From positions 310,001-374,000 of the forward strand of contig DF236957.1 of the NCBI GenBank assembly GCA_000708835.1: a stretch of DNA of 64,000 bases, read 5' to 3'. Under the pieces are notes generated by a model. That model was not told the DNA's origin. It was given only the letters and a program-made list of their open reading frames with translations, and did not search any database. Source of the stretch: Klebsormidium nitens. Taxonomy: Eukaryota; Plantae; Klebsormidiophyceae. The position numbers were made by a program, and so were the translations under genes. Below, piece after piece: positions 12,501 through 23,889 of the stretch (within the stretch, counting starts at the first letter, position 1; every line of letters begins with the position of its first letter).

Positions 12501-15500
12501 AAAGTGACCAGAGAACTGACTGAAGAGTGAGTATCTCACGTTTGCTCCGAGTCTTCCAATTCCTCCCGCCCAAAGCGAAACAATAAACCTACTCCACTCC
12601 CCAATAACCAAACAGGGAGCAACGCACCTCATCTCGCGTCCCCGCCTCCTCGTCCCCGCGGCCGCGCTTCCTCCAGAACCCCCAGACCCCGCGGCCGCGC
12701 TTGCGCCGCTCGGGCGGCTCTGACGTCGTCTCCTCAATGTCGTCAGCGAACCCAACTCTCCGTGACGTCATGCCGAGGTCACTCCCGCCGCTGAGGCTGA
12801 CGGTGAGTGACCTCAGAATGAAGCTGTGGCTGTCGTGATGACTGCTGCCGCCGTTACTGTTGCGGGAGATCAGGGCGCGGTCGCGGCCGCGGCCGCTGCT
12901 GGCGGCGCGGAGGAGGGTGGGAGGTTTGGCGGGTTTGCGGGTTGCCGCCATCGCCTGTAGATGGACAAAAGGCAGCTTTTGAAAAGCGAGTTATTCTGAC
13001 GTACCGTAAGGTCTAACCCTGCGGACACAGTAGGGGCCTTTCAGCGTATACTAAAATTACGGAGAAGAGCATCTTCCAGACATCTGACGAATAAATGAGC
13101 ACGTCTTCGCAGATAAGAAGTCACCTTACAGCAAGAAAATCTGACCCTGTCTGAAATTATCAAAACCTGGTAAGTGGAAAGCACCCACCCAGCCGGTCAG
13201 AAGACGACGAGGGTGCATTCATTAAGAGGCACAAGGTCGCCCTTTGTCTTGCAAGCAGACAAGCAGAACTCCAAAGGCCTCCTTATGTTCAACCCACCGT
13301 AAAACTCTACCACGTCCCAACATGTCCGACTCAACCGGTCCCTCACCTGGAGCTTCACCAGCGCGGCATATGCCCCGTTCTCGTTGGCCATCAATTGCGC
13401 GTGCGGCCCTTCCTCCACAATATGGCCCCGCTGCACGACCGCGATCTTGTCCGCATTTATGACCGTGCTCAGGCGATGCGCCACGACAACGGTCGTCCGT
13501 CCCACCATAACCTGGTCCAGCGCGGCCTGAACCTTGCGCTCACTTTCGGTGTCTAAGGCACTCGTCGCCTCGTCCAACTGCACAAAATAAGTTGACAACG
13601 AGCTCTGAGACGGGTCACACTGAGAACTCGACATATATAAGTGCTAGTCGTGTTTGCGTGTTTTATGATCAGCCTGTCAGGAACCGTGCGCTCTCTTTCC
13701 GTGTCCCAAAAGATTCTTCGCTTCGTCCGTCCGCAGATTGAAACTTGATACCAAGCACACTACGACTGTTCTGTAAACGCTAAACACATTGTTGGTTCGT
13801 ACTACTGTGCCTGTCAAGCGCACCTGGTTGCACTTCTTTGACGCCCCAAAAATTCCTCAGCGTCGAAGAATCGACTCTCTTCTCCAGCAAGCAACAAAGA
13901 AGCGCACCAACTGCGACATTCCTGATACTTCATCTGCATTTGCTTTGGCCAAACCCCACTGTCTTCCTGCGGCTTCGGAGAAAGTCCAGTCTCAAGGCAG
14001 GGCTTACCAGCAGGATGCGCGGGTTCTTGAGAATTGCCCGCGCGATTGCGATCCGCTGCTTCTGACCGCCGGACAACGAGATTCCGCGCTCGCCCACCTG
14101 AATGGGATGGCGGATTGTGAGGCGCGTCAAACCAGTATGCAAGGTGAGAAAAGACACCATACTGCCGTAAATGGAATTAAGGGATAGAATTTGCACATCG
14201 GAAGTATTGTCAAACGAACCGGGCATAGAACCGTTGAAAGAAAATGGAGACAGGAGTGCATCTTCCAAAATAATGTGAAACATAACAAGTGCACGGACGA
14301 ACAATCTGCTGATCAACGCAACCGACCAAAACGATCATGAAGGACCTTGGGATGTCGGATCAAACGCCATTAAGAAGAAGCGAAGCGTACCAAGCTAATG
14401 GATAAGCTCCGGGCAGACAACGGAATCTGGTTACAAACCACTAAACCGAGTTGACAGGAGAGCTTGCCTGCGTGTTGTAGCCTTCCGGCAGCTTGGTGAT
14501 GAACTTGTGCGCGTTGGCGGCCTTGCAGGCTGCGACCACCTCTTCCTTGGTCGCCGACTCTTTGCCATAGCTCACGTTCTCCAGAATGCTGGCTGTGAAG
14601 AGGGCCGGTTCTTGCGAGACCAGCCCAATCTGCTGACGTAACCACTTCACCTGGAACTTCCGGATGTCGATACCGTCCAACATCACTGCGCCTTCCTGGG
14701 GGTCTGGAATGGGGCGAAAAAAGTGACGTCAGCACAAGCGAGTGACGAAAACACAGGCGCGTAACCAAGATCCCGATCATATCTTAGGGATGTGGTCGTA
14801 ACCGGTCTGAGCAAGGGCAGTTCGTTAGGAACGATAATGAGCAAGAGCCTTTTTAAAAGCCATTTTAAAAGCAATGGTGACCGAAAAAACTCTACCCTCA
14901 AAGCAAGCTTAAAGCGCTTGTATCCTAAGCTTCTATCCTGCAGCAACATCACCGGCAAACATGAAGCTGCTAACGATTGTCGAAGTCGCCTGTCTGACAA
15001 CGCGAATGGACACAATGTGAAAGCCCGCACGAATCATAGGCATGGATGCGGAAACGGAACGGAAACGGAAGGATGGCAGAAGATCTCACCGTAGAAGCGC
15101 TCAACGAGGCTGATGATAGTCGACTTTCCGGACCCGGACTCGCCCACAAGCGCGACCGTCCGTCCCGATGGGATGAACAAGTCGAAGCCCCTGCAGACAG
15201 CAAAGAACAGTCTTGGCGATTAATTCAACGGATGAAAGCGGAGCAAGACTTTCTCGCACTTGCACAGGGCCTGCCAGGCTTTGAGTAACTTCTTCACAGC
15301 AGCGAATGCTCTGTGGAGGTTGTCCACCCACAATCGCTGCAAACCCTCTTGAGAGTTCGCCTTTTGCCGTTTTCTACACATATATTCAGTCCCTTTTACT
15401 GGTTTGAGGATCCCTAAGGATAGTGCTTACTTAGGGGTTCCAAATTCCACAATGAACCTAACACTTTGAAACAAGATTGAAGAAAGACAAGGAGGTAAGG

Positions 15501-18500
15501 TTATCTGGAAAGGCAACCAAAAGCAACAAAATGATAGAGCAGCTAATACTGTTTGGAACAAACAGTACAGAAAAACGGAACCCTTCTACCGTTTCATTGG
15601 GACGTAGAGACGCGCGGAGAAAGGGCACCTCGGCCAGCGGAAGGTCGCCCTTGACGGCCAAGAGGGGACCCAAAAAAACTTCCCCAAGAAGAAAGGAACA
15701 CCAGCATCGAAGGAAACGCCACGATTGACTCACTGGAAGATTGGGACGTCGGGACGCGCAGGGTAAGTGAAGTGCACGTCGGCTAGCCGGATGTCGCCTT
15801 TGACGGCTGGGAGGGTCATCCCGGTCTCATCCTCGTGGTCAATCGACGGCCGGCGCTCGATCACCGAGAACATCTTCCACGCGGCCGCCTGGCCCGCGCC
15901 GAAGGCGGCCAGGCTGGGGGAGGTCTGGCCCAGGGACCTGGAAGGCATTGAAAGAGATAATATTAGCATCCCTGTTCTGAAGTTGGCGATGATCCTCCCT
16001 TGATTTTTGACTTTTCTTGGTCGATTGTCAATGGAGAACGTGATCAAAAAGCAGGAAGGCCTAGGCGAGATACGAGAGAAGCTGAGAATATGCTCGGCAA
16101 ACAACGCTAACATGTCACCGACTTTGAAAAGAGGATGTCCGAGATGGGTTCAGATGGGACCCTCTCCCGTTGACCAGCAAACTAGATGCAAAATCAACTC
16201 TGTTTCTCCATTGCACGGTAATTTGGGACTCGTGCAACCGGTGCGAAAGCGCCAGCGGTCTGACATACACAAAAATACGAGGAAAGTAGATTAGAGCACA
16301 ACGGCAAACGCACAAAAGACCACCTAAGAATTGACAACTTACATGCCGCCGATAAGTACGGCCATCAGCACGTTCAGCACCTCCCCGCCGTTGTACCCGT
16401 GGCTCGCAATCAGCCGCGACCCGTACCACAGCGCGAGCGAGTAGGTCGCGTAGAGCACGCCGATCATGGTGCCCAAGCCGAGCCCAGAACTCGCGCGGCT
16501 CTTGACGCCTGTTTTGTACGCCTGTTCGATGCGGGCGTCGTATTGCTGCACCGCCTTGCGCTCGCCCACGAAGGACGCAACCGTACGAATGGCGCCCACA
16601 ACCTGCAAGGTAGCGGAAATACTCAGTTAAAGTCAGATGAATGATTGGATATGTAACAGGCAAGCAAGTAATTAGACTGTACCTCTGTGAGTTCTTCGTC
16701 TGTGATGGCATGCCGTTCCGTACTTTTGGTTGATGCGGGCAGTGTATTGCTGCCTCGCCGTGCGTTCGCCCACCAAGGAAGCAAGCGTCCGGTTGGCGCC
16801 CACAACTTACGGACGTAACTATGACTTTATGGCGAAGATACCCAACAAAGGTTTTGGTAGTAAGAGCGATGTTAGGTTTCATTGAATGCGTTCTACTTGA
16901 ATCTTGCTCTTAGCTTCGTAACGCTTGCTCTCTAAGCCTGGTTGAAGCGGGCGTCGTACTGCTGCACCGCCTTGCGTTCGCCCACGAACGAGGCAACTTT
17001 CCAAGTGGCACCCACAACCTTCGACTTCCAAAAGAAAGTGAAGGAACTAACTATCGAGACAACCAAAAACACGTTTTCTTACATTCAAGAGAAAAGCTGA
17101 GTGATTCGGCTCCTAGGTTGCGTCTTGCTCTTTCAATGAATCTACTCGTAGTGCGTTGAATCGATGGTCGTACTGCTGGACCCTCGCACATAGAGGCAAT
17201 CAAATTCCGCTCGACAGGCCGGATTGCCAGGCGCGTTTAGCAGATTGCCAGGGGCGTTTAAAATATTGACCTTGCCCGTGTAAGCTCTCTGCCAAAAATT
17301 CTGCCCCCGGACAATCCAACATGCTTAAAACGAACGTGCGCTGCACGTTTTGCATAGATAAAATACCCGGTTTTGCGTAGCCTTTCATCCAGAGAAAAAT
17401 ACACATCTCGATCTTCTTCTAACGAAGACACATGGACACCCCGTTTTGCATTAGTACACACCTACAACAACAATCACGTACAAGTTCCGGGCCCATTTCA
17501 ACGCGAAGGCTGTCCATGTTCGCACCGCGAATATATAATTCTGTCTTTGAAAAAAAGGCAAAAGCACGAGACGCGAAGCGCAACGAACCTGTTCGACGAG
17601 GCTGCCCGCCTCGGCGTACGCCTGCTGCCCCTCCGTCGCGAGCTTGGCCATGCGCATCATCATGAGGCCGCCCGAGAGAACTAGCAGCGGGAGGCAGGAC
17701 ATGAGCACCAGCGCGAGCAGCCAGCCGCGCGTGAACGCGATCACGAAGCCCGCGACCGCCTGCGCCATCAGCCGGATGAAAGCTTCCACCTGCGATGTAG
17801 TAAGATTCGGGGCTTTTTGATGACTGGTGTTCACTGTTCGCCTTTTTAAAATCGCTGTAGATTCAAACCTAGCCCGACCAGCCAGCCGCGGGGGCGACGT
17901 ACCACAGTCAGCCAGCTCCAAGAGCAGTCCTAACGTTAATACGGCGTCAACGATGACGTCCTTCTTTTCATCCGCATCAACGATGACGTCGTTCTCTTCC
18001 TCAGCAACGTCCATGTGAATTTAGACGTCTTGATTGAGCAGCGTGTACCCCCCGTTTCGTTTAGTCGACCAATACAGAATCCGTGCTGACATCAGCACAT
18101 CGTCAAGACAACGTCGCATCAATCCAACGAGCTCACCTTCTCGCTCATGGCGTCCTGGATGAGCAGCGTGTCCCCCGTCATGCGCCCGACCACCTCTCCC
18201 GTCGACGTCTCCACGTCGAAGAAACCGATGTCCTGCCGCAGAATCGCCTTGAGATAACGCTTCCGGATGCGGGTCGCTTGCCGCTCTCCAGCCAACGTCC
18301 ACAGCGCCATGCCTGGGGAAAACGGAACTTGTCAAGGTGATCGCTTAAATACCACCTCGACAAAAACCGACGAGGTGAGAACCGCTTCTGATTCGTCGAC
18401 TGAACCATTCCGCTGACGCGACAACCATCTGATGAGTTTCGCAGCTCCTTGTAGACGTTGATTATCACAACTGGCATTTAACACATTGAGAGCCACTCTA

Positions 18501-19454
18501 ATGAGCGTCTACATACATGGCAAGTACTTCTTACATACGGAGCAAAGATGTCTTTCGAGTTCCGCATCTATCTAATATCTCCCTTGCAGTCGTTCGATGT
18601 CAGAAAAAAGCTGGGGCTATCACAAAACCGAAAGTGTGCACGGCAGATGCAGCGCAAGAATTCTCTGATCCATCCAATGGCGTTGCAGTCACTTCTGTGA
18701 GACACTCCCCTACTTGACTGCGGGGTCGCTACTACGTGATTATGAAAGCTGCATGGGCAATGACAATGATTGACAAGATCAAGTAGACAGCGCTGGCAAG
18801 CTTCAACCTTTGCTTCACAAAAAACGAATCCAGGTCAGCAACAGACGAGGAAATCATTCCTTCAAAGAAAGATAAAACAGACACGAAGGGCAACCCCAAC
18901 CAACTTGAACGAAGTAAGTTCAAAAACAATGAAAACGCACGGACAAAAAGGAATGGTACTGAGGCCTTACCAAGATACCCAGCAACGCCAGCCCCAAGCG
19001 CCAGGTACAGAAAGTCGAGCGCAATCTTAACCACCTGGTTATACAGGTAGTTAGGGTCTGACAGGTTAGCCCCGAACGCGTTGATAAGCCGGCCCAGCAG
19101 GAGCGTCATAAGCGGGCGCGCCACCCCGGAGGCTATCGCCGCAATGCTGCCAACCACCATCAGCGCTATATCCAACCCATCGGCATATCGGAAGAGCCGC
19201 CAGATCGAAACTCGCTTCTCTTGTTTCTTCTGGCCCTTGGCTCGTTTTGTCCGGCCCCCTCCATTTTGCCCCCCTGGCGGACCGCCTGCCGGAGCCAACG
19301 ATTCCGGCGACCCTTTCTTTTTGCCAATACCGAACACGCTTTTGAAAGGCGCTAAAAACGAGCTTATCAAACCCCCTCTGGCTGCCTCAGCGGAAGGACC
19401 GAGCGTTTCGGTGCCGCGGGTAGGGGGCTCAAGAACAGGTACATTGCCGTCCAT
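6505..19454 (-). CDS. ABCB: Full-size ABCB (MDR/P-glycoprotein) ABC transporter, 19 exons, ~1356 aa, resembling the plant ABCB4/11/21 group
   Basis: Exons (minus): 19454-18971, 18312-18137, 17789-17589, 16602-16343, 15937-15734, 15190-15090, 14703-14468, 14097-14008, 13577-13347, 12954-12628, 12275-11944, 11545-11329, 10808-10665, 10280-10122, 9624-9440, 8844-8643, 7984-7802, 7452-7370, 6760-6505; total 4071 nt, in frame. TMD-NBD-TMD-NBD order with two Walker A (GESGSGKS), two Q-loops (VSQEP), two LSGGQKQR signatures, two [10 protein letters not shown] Walker B/D-loops. [37 protein letters not shown] resembles plant ABCB4/11/21 (from recall). Confidence 0.97.
6845..7060 (-). repeat. Two decayed intronic copies of the acceptor plus start of ABCB exon 19
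   Basis: True CAG|TTTGCTGCTCGATGAGGCGACCAGTGCGCTGGACGCCGAGTCGG at 6760. Copy with AG at 6894 reads [17 protein letters not shown]; copy with AG at 7049 reads LLDEPISAL. Confidence 0.85.
8095..8140 (-). repeat. Decayed intronic copy of the acceptor plus start of ABCB exon 17
   Basis: CTACAG|CTCAGGTCGCTCCAACAGATCATGGCCTGATGA versus true CTACAG|CTCAAGTCCCTCCGCCAGAACATGGGCCTGGTGA, 142 nt apart. Confidence 0.8.
9745..10060 (-). repeat. ABCB intron 14: two copies of the exon-14 end plus donor and one copy of the exon-15 acceptor plus start
   Basis: True ...TGGTACGGGGGAACTCTGGTTAGGGACGGAAGCACCACCTTCCAGAACGTTTTCCAA|GTGAGC (10121). Copies end TTTTTCCAA|GTGAGC (9989) and GTCTTCCCA|GTGAGC (9873). CGCAG|GTCTTCTTC at 9768 versus true CGCAG|GTGTTCTTC at 9624. 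Confidence 0.8.
15593..15665 (-). repeat. Decayed intronic copy of the 3' end of ABCB exon 5
   Basis: Reads [21 protein letters not shown] versus true [24 protein letters not shown]. Confidence 0.75.
16712..17200 (-). repeat. Three progressively decayed copies of the start of ABCB exon 4 (~205-210 nt period)
   Basis: True [29 protein letters not shown] (16602). Copies: [29 protein letters not shown] (~16806), [28 protein letters not shown] (17018), and a deleted remnant GTCCAGCAGTACGAC at 17153-17200. Confidence 0.88.
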
Positions 19455-21324
19455 GTTGAGTGCCGCTTGCTGTACTTGCACCGGCTCAACACTCCTGCAG
19501 AAAACATAATGCTCTGTTCAACAGTGGAGCTAGCTTCGATTTAGACATATACCAGGTTGGTTGACCGGACAAGGCCCAGTCCATCGACCTTGATTGTCGA
19601 AAAAAGAGGTTGTTCAAAACTAGAGGGCTTAAAGGGATGCTGGAAGCTTAGGCAAGGACAAGAGACATCTCATCAAGTAATAGACTCTACCAACCTGAAA
19701 AAGAGTCTCCAGAATATCTACCCTTGAGCAGGACAGACGACTACCACAACATGCAAATTGATTCAGCCTCTAGGGCATCATTTGTTTGGAGAACCAGCGT
19801 ATATTTCTCTACCATTTTAGGGCTGCCATCATCCAAACACTGCCTTTGTCACCAACTCGAAGCCAGCTCTTAACCAGCTCTCAACCCTCCACGCCGCTAG
19901 CATTAAACCAGCAGAGGGTCACAAATGCAGCCATCACTTGATTGAGACTTGATTTGTAACCAGTAAACCAGCAACACATGCACCAAAGATTGATGCCACC
20001 AACTATTTATGCAAGCGCAACATGCAGTTAAGCTCCTTCTCCACTGCACACAGGAAGTATACTGTACTATAGAAGTCCACCATTCATACCAGCTGCCAAA
20101 GAAGTGACGACAGTTGTTGGTTTCAGATGATATGCAGGGCTTCTTCAACCCTTTTGATAATTGTGCAAAGACTGCGGACTACGAGAAAAGGCGATCACTG
20201 GCGTCATTAAGACTTTGGCACTCCAAAATAGTACACAACTGCGTTTCGACTTCAAGTCCACTGGTTTACGGTTTCAAAGCAAGTGCCTGCGTCCTCCTCA
20301 GAAACCTGTATCTTAAAATGATGCCCAGAGACCAGTAAAGCCCAACAGCGAGCTCCGAGCTCCGGTTCAGTTGACTGCACGAACCTGTCACTGCCAAAGT
20401 TTCCACCTTCAGATGTGGCGCTCCGCTCAGCGGCCTTGGCCCCATCATGTCTGTCCAAGGGGAAGAGTCCGGTGTCAAGTTGCACCTGCTCCTCCGGCAT
20501 CTGTTGCTCATTGACACCTGCCCGCTCATCCTGGTCCCCAGGTAGCATTTCCTCAGTCCGAGCAGCCATAATGGGGACCAATGATGTCCTTTATGGTTCT
20601 TCCGACGCTTTCAAGGCTTGTTACTGATAGAAATCAGCACTTGTGACTTGCTGAATGGTTCCTTATGAAGCAGACAACTGAAACTTTCCGTCAAGTAGAG
20701 TAGCCAGACCAAAAGAGCAGAGACAATCGATGCAGACTTTCCCGCACCCAAAGCCAAGACAACAACACCACCACCCTTGTAAATATTCAGCTGCTCTTAC
20801 CCTGCTCTAATACCGTACTGGTTCCTTTCGAAAAGGCTCGCGTTCTGACGCTGATGAGCAATGACGAGCTGACGAGCTGCAGAAAGTCGACGAGCCTGAG
20901 ATCTGAGCTGTACAGGCAGCACCATTCTAGAGTGCCAGCTGCATGAGCCACGGGTCCCAAAGGGCCCACTGCACATGTACAGTTCTCTATCCTTCGGGAA
21001 GGAAGCCCTCTCTGTGATGCATGGTGGAACAGAGTCGGCCTCGACTTCAAGCTCGGTCGGACGGTTGGGTTCACAGGGACGGCCACGTCGCCACCGTGTG
21101 GGCGCCAAGTCAGCAGTGACGCTTTACTTGACGTCACCATGACGCATTTCCGCAGTGGGCCGCGGGCGGTCGGCGCCCGGCCGCAGAGCCGGCCGGCCTC
21201 CATCGCATTTTCCAAGCCGAGCTCGACTCTTCTGCAGTAGCAATTTCAATTTCAAGTAGAACTGGAATTAGGAGCACTGCATGGCAGGAGCCTGAGCCTC
21301 AGGAGGAGAGCAGAAGCAGGCAAA

Positions 21325-22467
21325 ATGGCGCCGTTCTGCTGGCTTCCTCGCCTAGTAACTGGCACGGTCATCAGGGCTCTGTTGCCCTACGTTGCCCAGT
21401 TGGGCGCAGAGCGGGGGCCAAGTTATCCTGCACTGATTGCAAGAGTATCTCGGTTTTCGGCAGGTGCCCTGCATTTGTGCGGGGGGTCCAATTCCCCAAG
21501 CTGCATTGCCCAAGACAGAGATTCTGTTTCGGTAGCGAAGGACCCAAAGATACACCAGCACTCATCTCTCTTCTCATTTAAAAGCCTAGAGCTTAAGAAA
21601 GTTGGACTTGCATCGGTCAATGTTCTTTCTAGCGACAAGGGGGGCTTTAAAATTGCAGAAGATGGGCCCTCGCCAGAAGTCTTTCAAAATCCAGCAGCCA
21701 ATGTTGACGAGACACGGGGTTTGAAGCCTCCTGGCAACGGAGAAGAGGGACAGTCAGAAGGAGGCAAATTGCCTGGGTCAAGGGCGGGGGCCTCTAACAT
21801 TGTAACTAAAAGATGCACACATTGTGGGGACTCAAAACTGCTAGTGGACTTCGGAAGGTCACACAGTGGTCATAACGGGCTGAGTGACCTGTGCAGAGCG
21901 TGCCTATCCATCTTCCATGCAAAGCGCTCTGGGAGATTGCTCCCTGACCATATGCAATTACCCCTGGAGGAGGCCCGAAAGAGGGCCAAGACTTGCCAGT
22001 TGTGTGGTGTCTCGAAAGAGATTCGACAGTTCAGCTCTAATCGGGGCAAAGTGGATGGCACGCAGATGAGGTGCAGAGCTTGCGTTTCAAGCTACAATGT
22101 TCGAACACGTCAGAAGTATTTGGTATAACCTACCAGAGGCCCCCACTTGTGCAAAAGTTGCAACAACATATTGCCTGGAGAAGTGTTCAGTCCCAACTAC
22201 CGCACACCAACCGGTCTTGCTCAGAGTTGCAAGCTCTGCTCAAAAAAGGGAAGAAGAGCTAGAAGATCGAAGATCAAAGAATCTCAAATCTACATTGCAA
22301 AAGGTACAAAGCGCTGCAGAATCTGCAAGGCCGTGAAAGAAGTTTCTCAGTTTACCAGGAATTCTGATGAGCCAGACGGTTTACAGTCCCATTGCAAGCA
22401 ATGCCGCAAATTGCTGGTCAACAAACCAAGAAAGAGCAACTGGAAACAATCAGAGGTAGGTTTTTGA
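21325..22467 (+). pseudogene. Intronless gene with four CxxC-x8-F-x8-G-x4-CxxC zinc-ribbon repeats, interrupted by one in-frame TAA (22126-22128)
   Basis: ORFs 21325-22128 and 22147-22467 are in the same frame. Repeats: CTHC..F..NGLSDLCRAC, CQLC..F..DGTQMRCRAC, CKSC..F..TGLAQSCKLC, CRIC..F..DGLQSHCKQC. AAAATGGC start context; Arg/Leu/Ala-rich N-terminus. Confidence 0.7.
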
Positions 22468-22632
22468 GACCTGCTTCAAAATAAGCGGCTTCCATTGTGA
22501 CTTCCTATCTACGTTGGACGACTTGTGTCAGTTCGATCAAACATTTTGAGAGACAAGCATCACCCGCTGACAGGGGCCAGTAAGGAACATGGTGGGCAAG
22601 AGCAGTTCTTCGAATGTAGGTTGTTCAAGTGC

Positions 22633-23889
22633 TCATAGAAAGAGGAAGTGCGGGGTTGAAGTGCACCTTCTTGAGCGACGTCTGTTTTGTTTCCCAGACT
22701 GAGTGTCTGATGAGGCTTGTGAGGGCTCCGTACGCACAATGTTTTGGCCGTTATTGCCTCGCTGCTCGTCATATGACTGGCTGCTTTGCTTGGTCTTCAA
22801 AAAGAGGTGACGGCTGAGGTTCCTCGCATCAAACAAAATGATCCTTATGCGAGGTGTCAGTTGAAAAGAGAGCACAAGGACCTCCTGACCAAGTCGGTGA
22901 ACCTTTTTGTGAGAATCTTGCACTTCTCTTATGTCGACTTTAGCTGGCATCGCTTCACAGAGGCTGAGCTTTTGCACAGTTTGGGATGTTCTGCAGCTGA
23001 TGGGCTCCAGCACGAACCGTCAAATCAAAAGAGTCTTTGTGTTATGAACGAATCTAATTAAGGACTTATGCCACCATTCTATAAGGACAGGGTTTTGCAA
23101 TCCGACTATTCTTGGGCGCTGCGCGCGACAACTCTTCTGCCCCTCTAAGGTCCGGATCAAGGGGGCAGTGCAATCACTTTTGTCCTTGTTATACAAACCT
23201 GTTTCGTTACATCGTTCCGCCCAGACGTCGTTCACGTCGCGCACGGACAGATCTTTCAAACGACTGCTGTTACAAGATTCAGCTTCTTAACTTTAGACAA
23301 ATAGTGTTCCTATGTTGTGCAAGGTCTTACATCGCGTCCCCATGAGGTATCCTCTGACCTGACATAACAATTCCGTTCTCATGTACTGCAGTGAATGCGT
23401 CAACTGGGTGACTTCGAAGGATCTAACAAGAGCAATGGGGCTGAGGGGGTGACCAGTACAGTCACCATCCCATTCCCTGTAAGTTGTCTCCCATGCTTCT
23501 ATTTTGAACACTTTGTGCGAAGGGATGGGATGCATCGAAACGTTCAGGAGCATTGGAAGTACGAGTTGCAACAGATCTTTGCAGAACTTGAAGTCAGACA
23601 TGGACATGACAAGGAGGGCTCTCCTGAACATGTAGTTTGTTTCAGGTAGATCCATTCACATTGGATTCGTCCCGGCTGGTTGGTCCTCGATCAGTGATTT
23701 AGACAGATTAGCTCTCCTCGATTCTGCTTTGATCCAGCTTCTCAGCTCAGGGGACGGCGCTGCTGAGACTGACGGCCCATTCGGGTCAAGCGTGCTCGAC
23801 TTCTCGGATTTGGACTTTTTCCCCTGATACAAGCACTCAACGGCATCCCTCGCTTTAGCTCCAGGATTTACTTTTCTCTTCAGTGGCAA
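22633..23889 (-). pseudogene. Decayed intronless reading frame of unknown family
   Basis: ORFs 23889-23656, 23655-23293, 23259-23020 and 23013-22633 all share one frame (~419 codons, 4 internal stops, no frameshift). No family recognised. Confidence 0.4.

Noticed and set aside
6280-19509. Many plus-strand ORFs over the ABCB locus (e.g. 6374-6787, 12139-12507, 19081-19509)
   Set aside because: Antisense shadows of GC3-rich exons with no independent motifs.
20252-21215. Minus-strand ORFs between ABCB and the zinc-ribbon gene
   Set aside because: Candidate splice joins do not give a consistent frame, and no domain is recognised.
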